Source of the DNA: Acidimicrobiia bacterium
GTDB lineage: Bacteria > Actinomycetota > Acidimicrobiia > IMCC26256 > JAMXLJ01
Length of the DNA: 64,000 bases
Reading direction: 5' to 3'
Assembly: GCA_024281095.1 (NCBI GenBank)
Contig: JAMXLJ010000082.1
Span: 31,700 to 95,699, forward strand
This document shows positions 36,835 through 46,381 of this stretch, in pieces (position 1 is the stretch's first letter; every line of letters begins with the position of its first letter). The position numbers and the translations under genes were made by a program. The notes beneath the pieces are model-generated. The model saw only the letters and a program-made list of their open reading frames with translations. It made no database searches and had not been told where the DNA came from.

Positions 36835-36963
36835 GACGTACCGCCGCGCGCGGCTGCGGGCGTTGGGCAACAAGGGGCCGGCGTTCGGAAGGATCGTGAT
36901 CCCCACACCGTGAAGGTACGGCCGCGTCGCGCAACATCCAACGCCTCGACGTTGCCGATTACA

Positions 36964-37434
36964 ATGCAATCATTGCTTTCTGATCCGATCGACCGGCAGA
37001 TCGTTGCGTTGCTGAGCGAGAACGCGCGGCAGAGCTACGCCCAGATCGGGGAGGTCGTCGGGCTCTCGGCTCCTGCGGTCAAGCGCCGGGTCGACCGCCT
37101 GGAGGAGTCCGGGGTGATCCTCGGGTACACCGCCCGGGTCGACCCGAAGGGCGTCGGCCTCGCCACGGACGCGTTCATCGAGTTGGCCTGCCGCGGGAAG
37201 ACGAGCCCGGCGCAGATCCTGGCGATGGTGCGGGACGACCCCGCGGTCGTCGCGGCCTACACCGTCACGGGGGACGCCGACGCGCTGCTCCACGTGCAGA
37301 CCCGCGACGCCGCCGAGCTCGAAGCTGTTCTCGAGCGCATCCGGGGCCACCCCAGCGCCGACCGCACGCGCAGCACGATCGTGTTGTCGCGACTCCTCGA
37401 CCGGCGGGTGCCGGCCGGCGCCGAGGACCACTGA
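36964..37434 (+). CDS. Lrp/AsnC-family transcriptional regulator
   Basis: The N-terminus DRQIVALLSENARQSYAQIGEVVGLSAPAVKRRVDRLEESGVI is followed by a RAM domain. The gene is divergent from the DDAH-like gene and rocD. Confidence 0.9.
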   Translation: MQSLLSDPIDRQIVALLSENARQSYAQIGEVVGLSAPAVKRRVDRLEESGVILGYTARVDPKGVGLATDAFIELACRGKTSPAQILAMVRDDPAVVAAYTVTGDADALLHVQTRDAAELEAVLERIRGHPSADRTRSTIVLSRLLDRRVPAGAEDH

Positions 37435-37445
37435 GGACGGACGCC

Positions 37446-40433
37446 GTGCGCCGGGGCGGTCGCTACCCTTCGGTCGTGGCGCCCGACGACCTCGAACGCG
37501 AGGTCCAACGGCTCGGCCGGCGCATCGGTGAGCTTGCCGGCCGCGGGCGCGTCAGGCTCGGCGGCGGCGCGTGGACAGAGCAACTGCTCGACTGGGCGCT
37601 CGCGTCCGCCGAGTTCAAGAGCCGGTTGTTCCGGCTCGTCGACGTGCTGCCCGCGTGCACGGACGACGCCGACGTCGTGCGCCATCTCGAGGAGTACCTC
37701 GACGGCGTCGACGTGCCCAGACTCGTCGGAACCGGGATCGCGGTCGCGGACCACGTTCCCTTCGGCGCCCACCTGTCGGCCCGGGTCGCGCGCCGGGGGG
37801 TCGTGCGCATGGCGCGCCAGTTCATCGCGGGGGAGACGCCGCCGGACGCCATGCCGCGTCTCGCCGCGCTCTGGCGGGCGGGTGAGGCATCCACCGTCGA
37901 TCTGCTCGGCGAGAAGACGCTGACCGCGACCGAGGCCGACCGCTACGCGTCCCGCGTCGACGAGTTGCTCGCCGTGCTCGTGCGTGCGACCGGGTCGTGG
38001 CCGGACGATCCCGCGCTCGAGCGCGACCCGTGGGGCGTTGTGCCCCGCGCGAACGTCTCGGTGAAGCCGACCGCGCTGACACCGCGGTTCGATCCCCTCG
38101 ACCGGGATCGCGCGGTCGAGGACGCGTTCGCCCGCCTGCGTCCCGTTCTGCTGCGGGCCCGTGCATCCGGGGCGACCGTGCACCTCGACACCGAGCAGTA
38201 CGCCGTCAAGGACCTCACGTACGAGCTACTGCGTGCGATCGGGTCGGAGTTCCCGGACGGGCCGCAGCTCGGTTGCGTCGTGCAGGCCTATCTCCGCGAG
38301 TCGTTCACCGACCTGGTGCAACTGGTCGATTGGTCCGCGGCGACGCTTCGCACACCGCTCCAGGTCCGGCTGGTGAAGGGCGCGTACTGGGACGCAGAGA
38401 CGATCGAGGCCGGCGCCGCGGGCTGGCCGGCGCCTGTGTTCGCCCAGAAGCACGACACGGATGCGAACTACGAGCGGTGTGTGCGGTTGCTCGTGGAGCG
38501 CGCGGGCGACGTGCGGCCGGCGTTCGCGAGCCACAACATCCGCAGCCTCGCATACGCGATCGCGTGCTCCCGCGCGGCGGGCCTGCACGACACCGCCTTC
38601 GAACTGCAGCTGTTGTACGGGATGGCCGGCCCGGTACACGAGGCGCTGCGGCGGCTCGGTTTGCGCACCCGGGTGTACGCGCCCGTTGGTGAGCTCATCC
38701 CGGGGATGGCGTATCTCGTGCGCCGCCTGCTCGAGAACACGTCGAACGAGTCGTTCATCCGGCAGCGTTTCGCCGAACACGAAGAGTTGGATCGGCTGTT
38801 GGCGGCGCCGCGCGAACCCGCAGACGTTGCTCCGCACGCCTCCGCGGCGTCTCCCGGCGGTCCAGGCCCGTTCGTGAACGAGCCGCACGCCGAGCTTCGC
38901 CGACCGGCGCCCCGCTCACGGTTCACGGCCGAGGTCGCACGGGCAGCGGCACAGGAGACGATGACCGCACCCGTCATCATCGGTAGCCACGCCGTCGACA
39001 CCGACGGGGCGATCGAGTCACGCGACCCGAGCTGCACTGCCCGCATCGTGTGCGCGAGCGGGCGGGCGGGCGTGGCCGACGTCGATCGCGCCGTCGACGC
39101 CGCGCTTCGAGCCTGGCCGGCATGGCGGGCCCGGCCGTGGGAAGACCGCGCCGCCGTGCTGTTGCGCGCCGCAGCCCTGCTTCGCTCCCGGCGGGCGGAG
39201 CTCGCGGCACTCGAGGTTGTCGAGGCCGGAAAGCCGATCCCGGAAGCCGACGCCGACGTCGCGGAGGCGATCGACTTCTGCGAGTACTACGGCCGCGAGG
39301 CGTTGCGGCTGGGGGCGGGCGGGCCGGTGACGGGCGCGCCCGGCGAGACCAACCACTACAGCTACGAGCCGCGCGGTGTTGGCGCCGTCATCGCGCCGTG
39401 GAACTTCCCGCTGGCCATTCCGGCCGGGATGACGACGGCCGCGCTCGTCACGGGCAACTGCGTCTTGCTCAAACCGGCCGAGCAGACTCCGGCGGTCGCC
39501 TTCGGCCTCGTGCAGGTGTTGCTCGAAGCCGGCGTACCGCCCGGTGCGCTCGCGTTCCTCCCGGGTGTGGGCGAGGAGATCGGTCCCCATCTCGTGGAGC
39601 ACCCCGACGTTGCCTTGGTCGCGTTCACGGGCTCGAAAGCGGTCGGCCTGGACATCATCGAGCGCGCGGCGCGCCAGCGCGTCGGTCAGGGTCAGATCAA
39701 GCGCGTCGTGGCGGAGATGGGTGGAAAGAACGCCGCCGTGATCGACGTCGACGCCGACCTCGACGTGGCGGTGCCCGCCGTCGTCGCGAGTGCGTTCGGA
39801 TACGCGGGCCAGAAGTGTTCGGCCGTGTCGCGCGTGATCGCGGTGAAAGGCGTGTTCGAGGAGCTCGTCACGCGGCTCGTCGGAGCAACCGAAATCCTGC
39901 CCGTCGGCCCGGCGCACGAGCTGCGCACCGTCGTCGGCCCGCTGATCGACGCCGATGCACTCGAGCGCGTGCAGGGCTATCAGAAGATCGCGGCGAAGGA
40001 GGGCGACGTCGTGCTCCAGCGCCACGACCTGCCCGACGGTGGCTGGTACGCGGGGCCGACCGTGGTCGTGGTCGACCAGGCCGGCACCAAGGTGTTCACG
40101 GACGAGATCTTCGGGCCCGTATTGACCTGCATCGAGGCGGACGACTTCGATCACGCACTGGCGCTCGCGAACGACACGGACTACGCGCTCACCGCCGGGC
40201 TCTTCTCGCGATCACCGGCGCGCATCCGACACGCGGCCTCGCATCTCCGGGCGGGGAACGTCTACGTCAACCGCGCCACCACGGGCGCGCTCGTCGGTCG
40301 GCAACCCTTCGGTGGGTTCGGGATGTCCGGGGTGGGCTCGAAGGCGGGCGGCCCCGACTATCTCCTGCAGTTCGTCGAACCGCGGGTTGTCACCGAGAAC
40401 ACGGTGAGGCAAGGCTTCGCGTCCGAGCGTTGA
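37446..40433 (+). CDS. putA: Bifunctional proline dehydrogenase / L-glutamate-gamma-semialdehyde (P5C) dehydrogenase
   Basis: The 995-aa product has an N-terminal PRODH barrel and a C-terminal ALDH domain with the catalytic Glu (EMGGKNA) and Cys (GQKCSA). There is no N-terminal RHH DNA-binding domain. Confidence 0.9.
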   Translation: MRRGGRYPSVVAPDDLEREVQRLGRRIGELAGRGRVRLGGGAWTEQLLDWALASAEFKSRLFRLVDVLPACTDDADVVRHLEEYLDGVDVPRLVGTGIAVADHVPFGAHLSARVARRGVVRMARQFIAGETPPDAMPRLAALWRAGEASTVDLLGEKTLTATEADRYASRVDELLAVLVRATGSWPDDPALERDPWGVVPRANVSVKPTALTPRFDPLDRDRAVEDAFARLRPVLLRARASGATVHLDTEQYAVKDLTYELLRAIGSEFPDGPQLGCVVQAYLRESFTDLVQLVDWSAATLRTPLQVRLVKGAYWDAETIEAGAAGWPAPVFAQKHDTDANYERCVRLLVERAGDVRPAFASHNIRSLAYAIACSRAAGLHDTAFELQLLYGMAGPVHEALRRLGLRTRVYAPVGELIPGMAYLVRRLLENTSNESFIRQRFAEHEELDRLLAAPREPADVAPHASAASPGGPGPFVNEPHAELRRPAPRSRFTAEVARAAAQETMTAPVIIGSHAVDTDGAIESRDPSCTARIVCASGRAGVADVDRAVDAALRAWPAWRARPWEDRAAVLLRAAALLRSRRAELAALEVVEAGKPIPEADADVAEAIDFCEYYGREALRLGAGGPVTGAPGETNHYSYEPRGVGAVIAPWNFPLAIPAGMTTAALVTGNCVLLKPAEQTPAVAFGLVQVLLEAGVPPGALAFLPGVGEEIGPHLVEHPDVALVAFTGSKAVGLDIIERAARQRVGQGQIKRVVAEMGGKNAAVIDVDADLDVAVPAVVASAFGYAGQKCSAVSRVIAVKGVFEELVTRLVGATEILPVGPAHELRTVVGPLIDADALERVQGYQKIAAKEGDVVLQRHDLPDGGWYAGPTVVVVDQAGTKVFTDEIFGPVLTCIEADDFDHALALANDTDYALTAGLFSRSPARIRHAASHLRAGNVYVNRATTGALVGRQPFGGFGMSGVGSKAGGPDYLLQFVEPRVVTENTVRQGFASER

Positions 40434-40469
40434 CTGCGCCGGCGAAGGGTCGCTCGTGGGGGAGCCGCG

Positions 40470-41705
40470 GTGAGCGAGTTGAAGATCGAGGTCGAGGCGG
40501 CCGAGGCGGGGTTCGACGCCGCGCGGCTGCAGCGCATCGACGCGCACTTCGCACGCTACGTTGACGACGGCCGCCTCCCCGGCTGGCTCGTCCTGGTGGC
40601 GCGCGACGGCAACATCGTGCACCTCTCGACGCGTGGAGACCGCGACCACGAGGCCGGCCTCCCGGTCGAGCTCGACACGATCTTCCGTATGTACTCGATG
40701 ACCAAGCCGGTGGTGTCGCTCGCAGCGATGATGCTCTACGAAGAAGGGGCCTTCGAGCTCAAGGACCCGGTGCACCGCTTCATCCCGGCGTTCGAGAGCC
40801 AACGGGTCTACCGCCAGGGCTCGGCGATGAAGCTCGTGACCGAGCCCGTGGTCGAGCCCATTCGGATCTGGCATCTCCTCACGCACACTTCCGGTCTCAC
40901 CTACGGCTTCCACCACGCGCACCCTGTCGACGCGATGTACCGCGACGCAGGGTTCGAGTGGGGCACACCGCCGGGTGTGGACCTCGCCGCGGGTGTCGAC
41001 ACGATCGCGTCGCTGCCACTCCTGTTCCAGCCCGGCAGCGAATGGAACTACTCGATGTCCACAGACGTGCTCGGGCGCGTCATCGAGGTGGTGTCGGGAC
41101 TCACGCTCGACGAGTTCCTGCGCGAGCGCGTCTTCGAGCCACTCGGCATGCGCGACACCGCGTTCTGGGTGCCGGAACCCGACCAGGGCCGGCTGGCCGC
41201 GTTGTACGGCGCGACACCGAGCGCGACGCGCCCGGTACGCCTCGACGCAATGGGCGACGTCGCACGGTCGCGACCGGCGTTCCTCTCAGGAGGCGGAGGT
41301 CTCGTGTCGACGGCGGCCGACTACCACCGCTTCACGCTCATGCTGCTGCGCCAAGGGGAGCTCGACGGGGTGCGCCTGATCGGCACGCGTACGTTGCGTT
41401 ACATGACGCGCAACCATCTGCCGGGCGGCGTGGACCTCGAGGCGTTCGGGCGTCCACTGTTCGCGGAGACCACCTTCGACGGTGTGGGGTTCGGCCTCGG
41501 TTTCTCGATGCTGCAGGACAGCGTCGCGAATCGCGTGTTGTCGAGCGCAGGCGAGTACGGGTGGGGCGGTGCCGCGAGCACCGTGTTCTGGGTCGACCCC
41601 GCCGAGCGCATCACCGTGATGTTCCTCACACAGCTGCTGCCGTCGAGCACCTATCCGATCCGCACACAGCTGCGCCAGCTCGTGTACCAGTCACTCGTGG
41701 ATTGA
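40470..41705 (+). CDS. Beta-lactamase-family serine hydrolase (class C / EstB-like esterase)
   Basis: The SxxK motif YSMTKP is present. The product is 411 aa and uses a GTG start. Confidence 0.85.
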   Translation: MSELKIEVEAAEAGFDAARLQRIDAHFARYVDDGRLPGWLVLVARDGNIVHLSTRGDRDHEAGLPVELDTIFRMYSMTKPVVSLAAMMLYEEGAFELKDPVHRFIPAFESQRVYRQGSAMKLVTEPVVEPIRIWHLLTHTSGLTYGFHHAHPVDAMYRDAGFEWGTPPGVDLAAGVDTIASLPLLFQPGSEWNYSMSTDVLGRVIEVVSGLTLDEFLRERVFEPLGMRDTAFWVPEPDQGRLAALYGATPSATRPVRLDAMGDVARSRPAFLSGGGGLVSTAADYHRFTLMLLRQGELDGVRLIGTRTLRYMTRNHLPGGVDLEAFGRPLFAETTFDGVGFGLGFSMLQDSVANRVLSSAGEYGWGGAASTVFWVDPAERITVMFLTQLLPSSTYPIRTQLRQLVYQSLVD

Positions 41706-41795
41706 CCCGCGCGGAGCCCGCCACGCGAACCGGCCCCCGGGTGGGTGGTCCCGGAGGCCGGTTGCAGCTGGGAGGTGAGTGATTTCCGCGTGCCG

Positions 41796-42476
41796 TCAGT
41801 CGTTGCCGTGACCGCCGCCGTTCCGGCCCGAGTGCCCGTCGCCGTGTCCGCTGTTGTCGACATTGCCGCCGGTGTGATTGTCGCCGCCGCGGGACGAGCC
41901 GTTGTCCGACGGCGAGGCCGCACCGGTCGCGGGTGTGCTCGTCTCGGCGTCGTGGCCGTGATGGGAGTGATCGGCCTCGGGCTGGGCCTGGCCCTGGTGG
42001 TCGTCGTGCTTCGTGTCGCGTGCCTCGACCGCCTTGCAGAAGTCGTCCACGGATTCGTGCTGTGCATCCGCGGCGTCCGCGAGCGCACGGAACGCCGTGC
42101 TCTCGAGCTTGTTCCCGTGGTCGCCGCCTGAGCCCGAGGCAACCGCCTGGCACAGCCCTGCGCCGGCCGGACCGTTCGGGTCCGGGCCCTTCGTGGTGGT
42201 CGAGGTGGTGTCGGTCGTCTCCGTGTCCTTGGTGTCGACCTCGGTCGTCGTGGTCGCCGACGTGGTCTCCGTGGTCGGCTCGGTGGTGGCGTTCGTGGTC
42301 GTCGCCTCGTGGTGCTCGGCCGAGTCGGGCACCGAGACCCCGACCTGGGCCAGCACACCGGAAACCGAGGACTGGGCCGGCCCTGGAAGCGCCCCGGCCG
42401 CCGCCGCCGCTCCGGTCGCGCCGAGCACTCCCGTCGCGCCGATTGCGAGCTTCGCGAGCAGTGCCTTTCCGAGCAT
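41796..42476 (-). CDS. Secreted Thr-rich / His-rich low-complexity protein with a conserved two-Cys core
   Basis: ATG 42476 follows an RBS, GGAGGAA. A signal peptide is followed by a T/E-rich linker, the core GLCQAV...STAFRALADAA...DDFCKAV, and then the tails HSHHGHD and GHGDGHSGRNGGGHGND. Confidence 0.65.
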   Translation of the reverse strand: MLGKALLAKLAIGATGVLGATGAAAAAGALPGPAQSSVSGVLAQVGVSVPDSAEHHEATTTNATTEPTTETTSATTTTEVDTKDTETTDTTSTTTKGPDPNGPAGAGLCQAVASGSGGDHGNKLESTAFRALADAADAQHESVDDFCKAVEARDTKHDDHQGQAQPEADHSHHGHDAETSTPATGAASPSDNGSSRGGDNHTGGNVDNSGHGDGHSGRNGGGHGND

Positions 42477-42588
42477 GGTGTTCCTCCGTGGGGCGTCGCC
42501 GGCACTGCCGGCACTGGGATCGCTCGCAACATCGCCGCGCGGCACCGCCGCGTTACAGCGGAGGAAGAAACTGCCGAGAGGGGGCGCG

Positions 42589-43737
42589 TCAGGGGACGCG
42601 CATCGGGATCGAGCCGAAGGCCCGGGCCCAGATCGACGTGATCCGCCGCGGCGGGCTCTCCAACTCGTAGTCGGGGAATCGGGCGTGCCACTCCTCGAAT
42701 GCGATCCGGGCCTCGAGGCGGGCGAGGTTGGCACCGAGGCAGTAGTGCACGCCGTGGCCGAACGCGAGGTGTTTGGTGATGCTCCGGGTCACGTCGAAAC
42801 GTTCGGGTTCTGCGAACTCGCGGTCGTCGTGGTTCGCGGAACCCCAGACGAGCATGACCCGGGCGCCCTCCGGGATCGTGATGCCGTGGAGCTCGATGTC
42901 ACGTTGGGCGTGGCGCGGCAGCACCTGCACGGGCGACTCGATCCGAAGCATCTCCTCGACCGCACCGGGCCAGCGCGACGGGTCGTCGAGGAGAAGGGAC
43001 CGCTGCTCGGGATGCCGGGCCAGAAGGACCAGGCCGTTGCCGATGAGGCTCGACGTCGTGTCGTTGCCCGCGAGCACCAGAAGGAAGCAGAACCCGAGCA
43101 GCTCCTCCTCGGTGAGCTTCTGTCCGTCGACCTCCGCGGCCAGGAGCGCGCTCATCAGGTCGTCGGCCGGCTCGCGCCGGCGGTCGGCAAGCAGCAGCGC
43201 GAACAGCTCGTAGCACTTGCCCAGCGATTCGACGTAGTCCTCGGGCCCCTGGATCTCGAGGAACGACTCGGTCCAGCCGCGGAAGTTCTCGATGTGCTCG
43301 TCCGGCACACCGATCATCCGCGCGATTACGACACTCGGCAGGATCATCGCGAGATCGCGCTGCGCGTCACCCCGGCCTCGTTCGGCGATCCCGTCGATCA
43401 GGCCGCGAGCGATGCCGCGCGTCAGTGGCTCGACTTCGGCGATGCGCTTGGGCGTGAATGCCCGCGACACCAGCGCTCGGAGCTGCGTGTGCCGGACCGG
43501 GTCCATGTAGATCATCTGCGGGAGGAAGCCCTGGGCTTCTTCGACGATGCTCGAGAACGTCTCCCAGTCGTTGACCGCCCGCCACACGTCCGCGAACCGC
43601 GACAGCACGTACTGGTTCTTCGCCGCGTCGAAGTACACCGGATGGTCGTCGCGCATCGTGCGGTACACGTCCCAGATGCGCTCCTGGAACTCCGGTGTCG
43701 ACGGGTCGTACACGAACTCGACCGCCGTCGTGGCCAT
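42589..43737 (-). CDS. Cytochrome P450
   Basis: The motifs FGHGVHYCLGANLA, LAGNDTTS and EMLRIE are present. The product is 382 aa. Confidence 0.95.
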   Translation of the reverse strand: MATTAVEFVYDPSTPEFQERIWDVYRTMRDDHPVYFDAAKNQYVLSRFADVWRAVNDWETFSSIVEEAQGFLPQMIYMDPVRHTQLRALVSRAFTPKRIAEVEPLTRGIARGLIDGIAERGRGDAQRDLAMILPSVVIARMIGVPDEHIENFRGWTESFLEIQGPEDYVESLGKCYELFALLLADRRREPADDLMSALLAAEVDGQKLTEEELLGFCFLLVLAGNDTTSSLIGNGLVLLARHPEQRSLLLDDPSRWPGAVEEMLRIESPVQVLPRHAQRDIELHGITIPEGARVMLVWGSANHDDREFAEPERFDVTRSITKHLAFGHGVHYCLGANLARLEARIAFEEWHARFPDYELESPPRRITSIWARAFGSIPMRVP

Positions 43738-43790
43738 CTTCCCCCGCTTCGCAGCTCGGCTCGATCGCTGGGCGCCCCCGCCCTTGTCTA

Positions 43791-44766
43791 CTACGCCTTT
43801 ATCGGCAGCCGGCACGTGCGGCGGTGAATGTCGAGGGACGCCACCCTGTGGTCGACGTCCTCCTCGGTTTCCTCGGTCGTCGAGGTGAGGCTCATTACGT
43901 TCGTGATCACCTCGGCGAACGCGAGCGGGTCCCCGATCATCCACGAGTGATTGCCGGGCACGGTGATCGCCTCGGGATCGCCGAGAGCCTCGCACAGCGC
44001 GTCGAACGACGCGCGCGTGACGATGCGATCCTGGTCGCGCCACAGCACGACGACCGGCATGCGACGTGCCTTGAGCTCGTCGAGCTCTTGGGACAGATCC
44101 ACGAAGCGCACGAGCGACGCGGTGTGCCAAAAGGTGCGTGGGTTGCGAACCATGTTCGGGACGGCGTCGGCGAGGATGACCGGAAGCACGCGCCGCATCT
44201 GACGGGCCGGGAAGATGTCACGGGGTAGGTGGATGCCCCAGTCCCACAGGGGGCGTTCCGCCATCGAACGCACGAACGTTCCGTTCTCGCGCCACGCCGA
44301 ACCACCCACCGAGTTGACGAGGACGAGGCCGCGAACCTTCGTGGGGAAGTCGTGGGGCGAGCTTGATCGCGACCGCGCCACCGAACGAATGCCCCATGAC
44401 GACCGCCGGTTCCTCGATGCCGACGGACTCGACGAACTGCGCGACCCAGTAGGCGTAGTCCGCGATCGCCGGATTCGGCGCAAGCGACGTCGTGCCTCCG
44501 AATCCGGGCAGGGCCGGTGCGAGCACCCGCAAGGGGAGCGCCAGCAGACGGCTCAGCGCGTTGCGATACGTACGGCCGCTCAACGCCCAACCGTGGAGAA
44601 ACACGACGGGCGGACCGTCGCCGCCGACGCCGAACGTTGCCCGGCGGCCGGCGACCGTCGTGCGACGCCATTCGAGCGCCACGCTCGCCGCTTCCTCGGA
44701 TGGCGGATCGTCGATACGAGGTGCCGCCGCGTTGCCCGCGGCATTCTGCAATGTGCCTTCGCTCAT
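43791..44766 (-). pseudogene. Alpha/beta-hydrolase gene interrupted by a +1 frameshift in a C4 (G4 on the plus strand) run
   Basis: Track ORF 44218..44820 carries the N-terminal half, up to HGWALSG...MGHSFGGAVAIKLA. Track ORF 43791..44483 carries the rest, HDFPTKVRGLVLVNSVGG...VPGNHSWM. The two frames meet at GGGG 44354..44357. Confidence 0.8.
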
Positions 44767-44995
44767 CTGCGATGATCCTCGCTGGGCGGGCCGCGCCTGC
44801 AGGCGACCTCCGGAAGCCATGGTGCCTGTCCGGGGGCTCGCTGCCAGAGGCGAACGTCCCGAGCTGCCGCAGCGTGGCGGTCCTGCCGACGCATGTGAGC
44901 CAGGTCTCGTTCAGTTGGTGACGAAAGCCCCTGTCCACGTCACGACCTGGTTATGACACTCCGACGAGGATGCGTCGGAAGTCGAGGGAGTAGTC

Positions 44996-45262
44996 ATGGC
45001 GACGGCAGGTATGCGGGTGACGAACTCGGACCGGGCCGAGTGGGCCGCGCTCGGCCTGCGCGCGTTCGCCTCACGCACGGGCCAGCGAGAGGCGTTCGAC
45101 GCCGGCACGGAGGGCATGGAGCGGGTTGTCAGCACGTTCCTCACGGACCTGATGCACCACTGCGCGATGAACGGGATCGACTACGACGCGATGGTCGATT
45201 GCGCGCGGCAGCGATACGCGGCTGATCTCCAGACGAACGGCATGGGCCGCGACCGGACGTGA
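44996..45262 (+). CDS. Hypothetical small protein (88 aa)
   Basis: A strong RBS, GAGGGAG, precedes the start and GC3 is good. I recognise no domain. Confidence 0.55.
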   Translation: MATAGMRVTNSDRAEWAALGLRAFASRTGQREAFDAGTEGMERVVSTFLTDLMHHCAMNGIDYDAMVDCARQRYAADLQTNGMGRDRT

Positions 45263-45360
45263 AGGTGCCGCGGTGAAGGGGTGAGTTTCGGCCGAGTGCG
45301 CGCCACGGTAGGGAGTGTCGGAGCGACAACGACCTCTGACTGGGCAAAGGAGCACTCGGC

Positions 45361-45891
45361 GTGGATGTCGGCAGCGTGTTGGTGGATGCGTTCGACAGGG
45401 TCCGTACGGCGACGCACCGATCGGTCGAGGGTCTGGCACCAGAGTTGCTGCTCTACCGGCCCGACGACGAGGCCAACTCCATCGCCTGGTTGGTGTGGCA
45501 CCTCACGCGCATCCAGGACGACCACGTCGCGGACGTCATGGGTGCCGAGCAGGTGTGGACGTCGGAAGGCTGGAACGAACGTTTCGGCCTGCCGTTCCCG
45601 CCGTCCGACACCGGCTACGGGCACCGCCCGGCTGACGTGGCCTCAGTGCGAGTGGAGTCGCCCGAGCTGCTCCTCGGCTATCACGACGCGGTGCACGACC
45701 GCACGGTCGCGTACGTGCGACGACTCGAGCCTGGCGATCTCGACCGCATCGTGGACGAACGCTTCGATCCACCGGTGTCGCTCGGTGTGCGGCTCGTCAG
45801 TGTGATCGCCGACGACCTCCAGCACGCCGGCCAGGCCGCGTACGTCCGCGGTCTCGCCCAACGCGTGCGCGACTCACGTCAGGGCGCATAG
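45361..45891 (+). CDS. DinB-family (DUF664 / mycothiol-S-transferase-like) protein
   Basis: The four-helix DinB pattern has histidines in WLVWHLTRIQDDH and ADDLQHAGQAAY. An RBS, AAAGGAG, precedes GTG 45361. Confidence 0.8.
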   Translation: MDVGSVLVDAFDRVRTATHRSVEGLAPELLLYRPDDEANSIAWLVWHLTRIQDDHVADVMGAEQVWTSEGWNERFGLPFPPSDTGYGHRPADVASVRVESPELLLGYHDAVHDRTVAYVRRLEPGDLDRIVDERFDPPVSLGVRLVSVIADDLQHAGQAAYVRGLAQRVRDSRQGA

Positions 45892-46370
45892 CCGATCCGG
45901 CGGAGCAGCGCGCGGCGCTCGGCGACGTCGTCGTCGTTCTCAATGCCGAGCGGCGACATCCCGTCGATCACGCCGATCACACCGCGGCCGAGCTCGCTCT
46001 CCACGACCACCATCGCGAGCGGGTTCGCGCTCGCGCAAAACACCTGGCACACCTCGGGCACGAGCTTGATCTGGTTCAGCACGTTGACGGGAAAGCCCTC
46101 GCGCAGGAATACGACGAAGCAGTGGCCGGCCGCGATGTTCAGGGCATTGCGGGTCGCCAGCTCGACGAGCTCGTCGTCGTTGCCGGCGCGGCGCACCAAG
46201 CGCGCGCCCGACGCCTCGCAGAAGGCGATCCCGAATTTGAGGTGTGGGGAGCTGCCCGCGAGCGCCGCGTAGAGGTCGTCGACGGTCTTGATGAAGTGGG
46301 CCTGTCCGACGATCACGTTCACGTCGTCGGGCTTCTCCACGGTGACGAGCACGGTTCGGACGTCGGCCAT
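45879..46370 (-). CDS. Adenosine-specific kinase-like protein (PF04008-type)
   Basis: The segment VNVIVGQAHFIKTVDDLYAAL...FCEASGARLVR...VLNQIKLVPEVCQVFCASANP...GVIDG matches the family. An RBS, GAGGAGG, lies upstream. The product is 163 aa. Confidence 0.8.
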   Translation of the reverse strand: MADVRTVLVTVEKPDDVNVIVGQAHFIKTVDDLYAALAGSSPHLKFGIAFCEASGARLVRRAGNDDELVELATRNALNIAAGHCFVVFLREGFPVNVLNQIKLVPEVCQVFCASANPLAMVVVESELGRGVIGVIDGMSPLGIENDDDVAERRALLRRIGYAP

Positions 46371-46381
46371 GGGACCCCTCC

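Noticed and set aside
41651-42691. An alternative 346-aa frame over the His-rich protein gene.
   Set aside because: The product is nearly pure Arg/Pro/Thr. The chosen frame has a GGAGG RBS, a signal peptide and a structured core.
44340-44370. Programmed ribosomal frameshifting as an explanation for the split hydrolase.
   Set aside because: There is no slippery heptamer or downstream structure, and there is no precedent for this enzyme family. A mutation or a homopolymer sequencing error is the simpler explanation.
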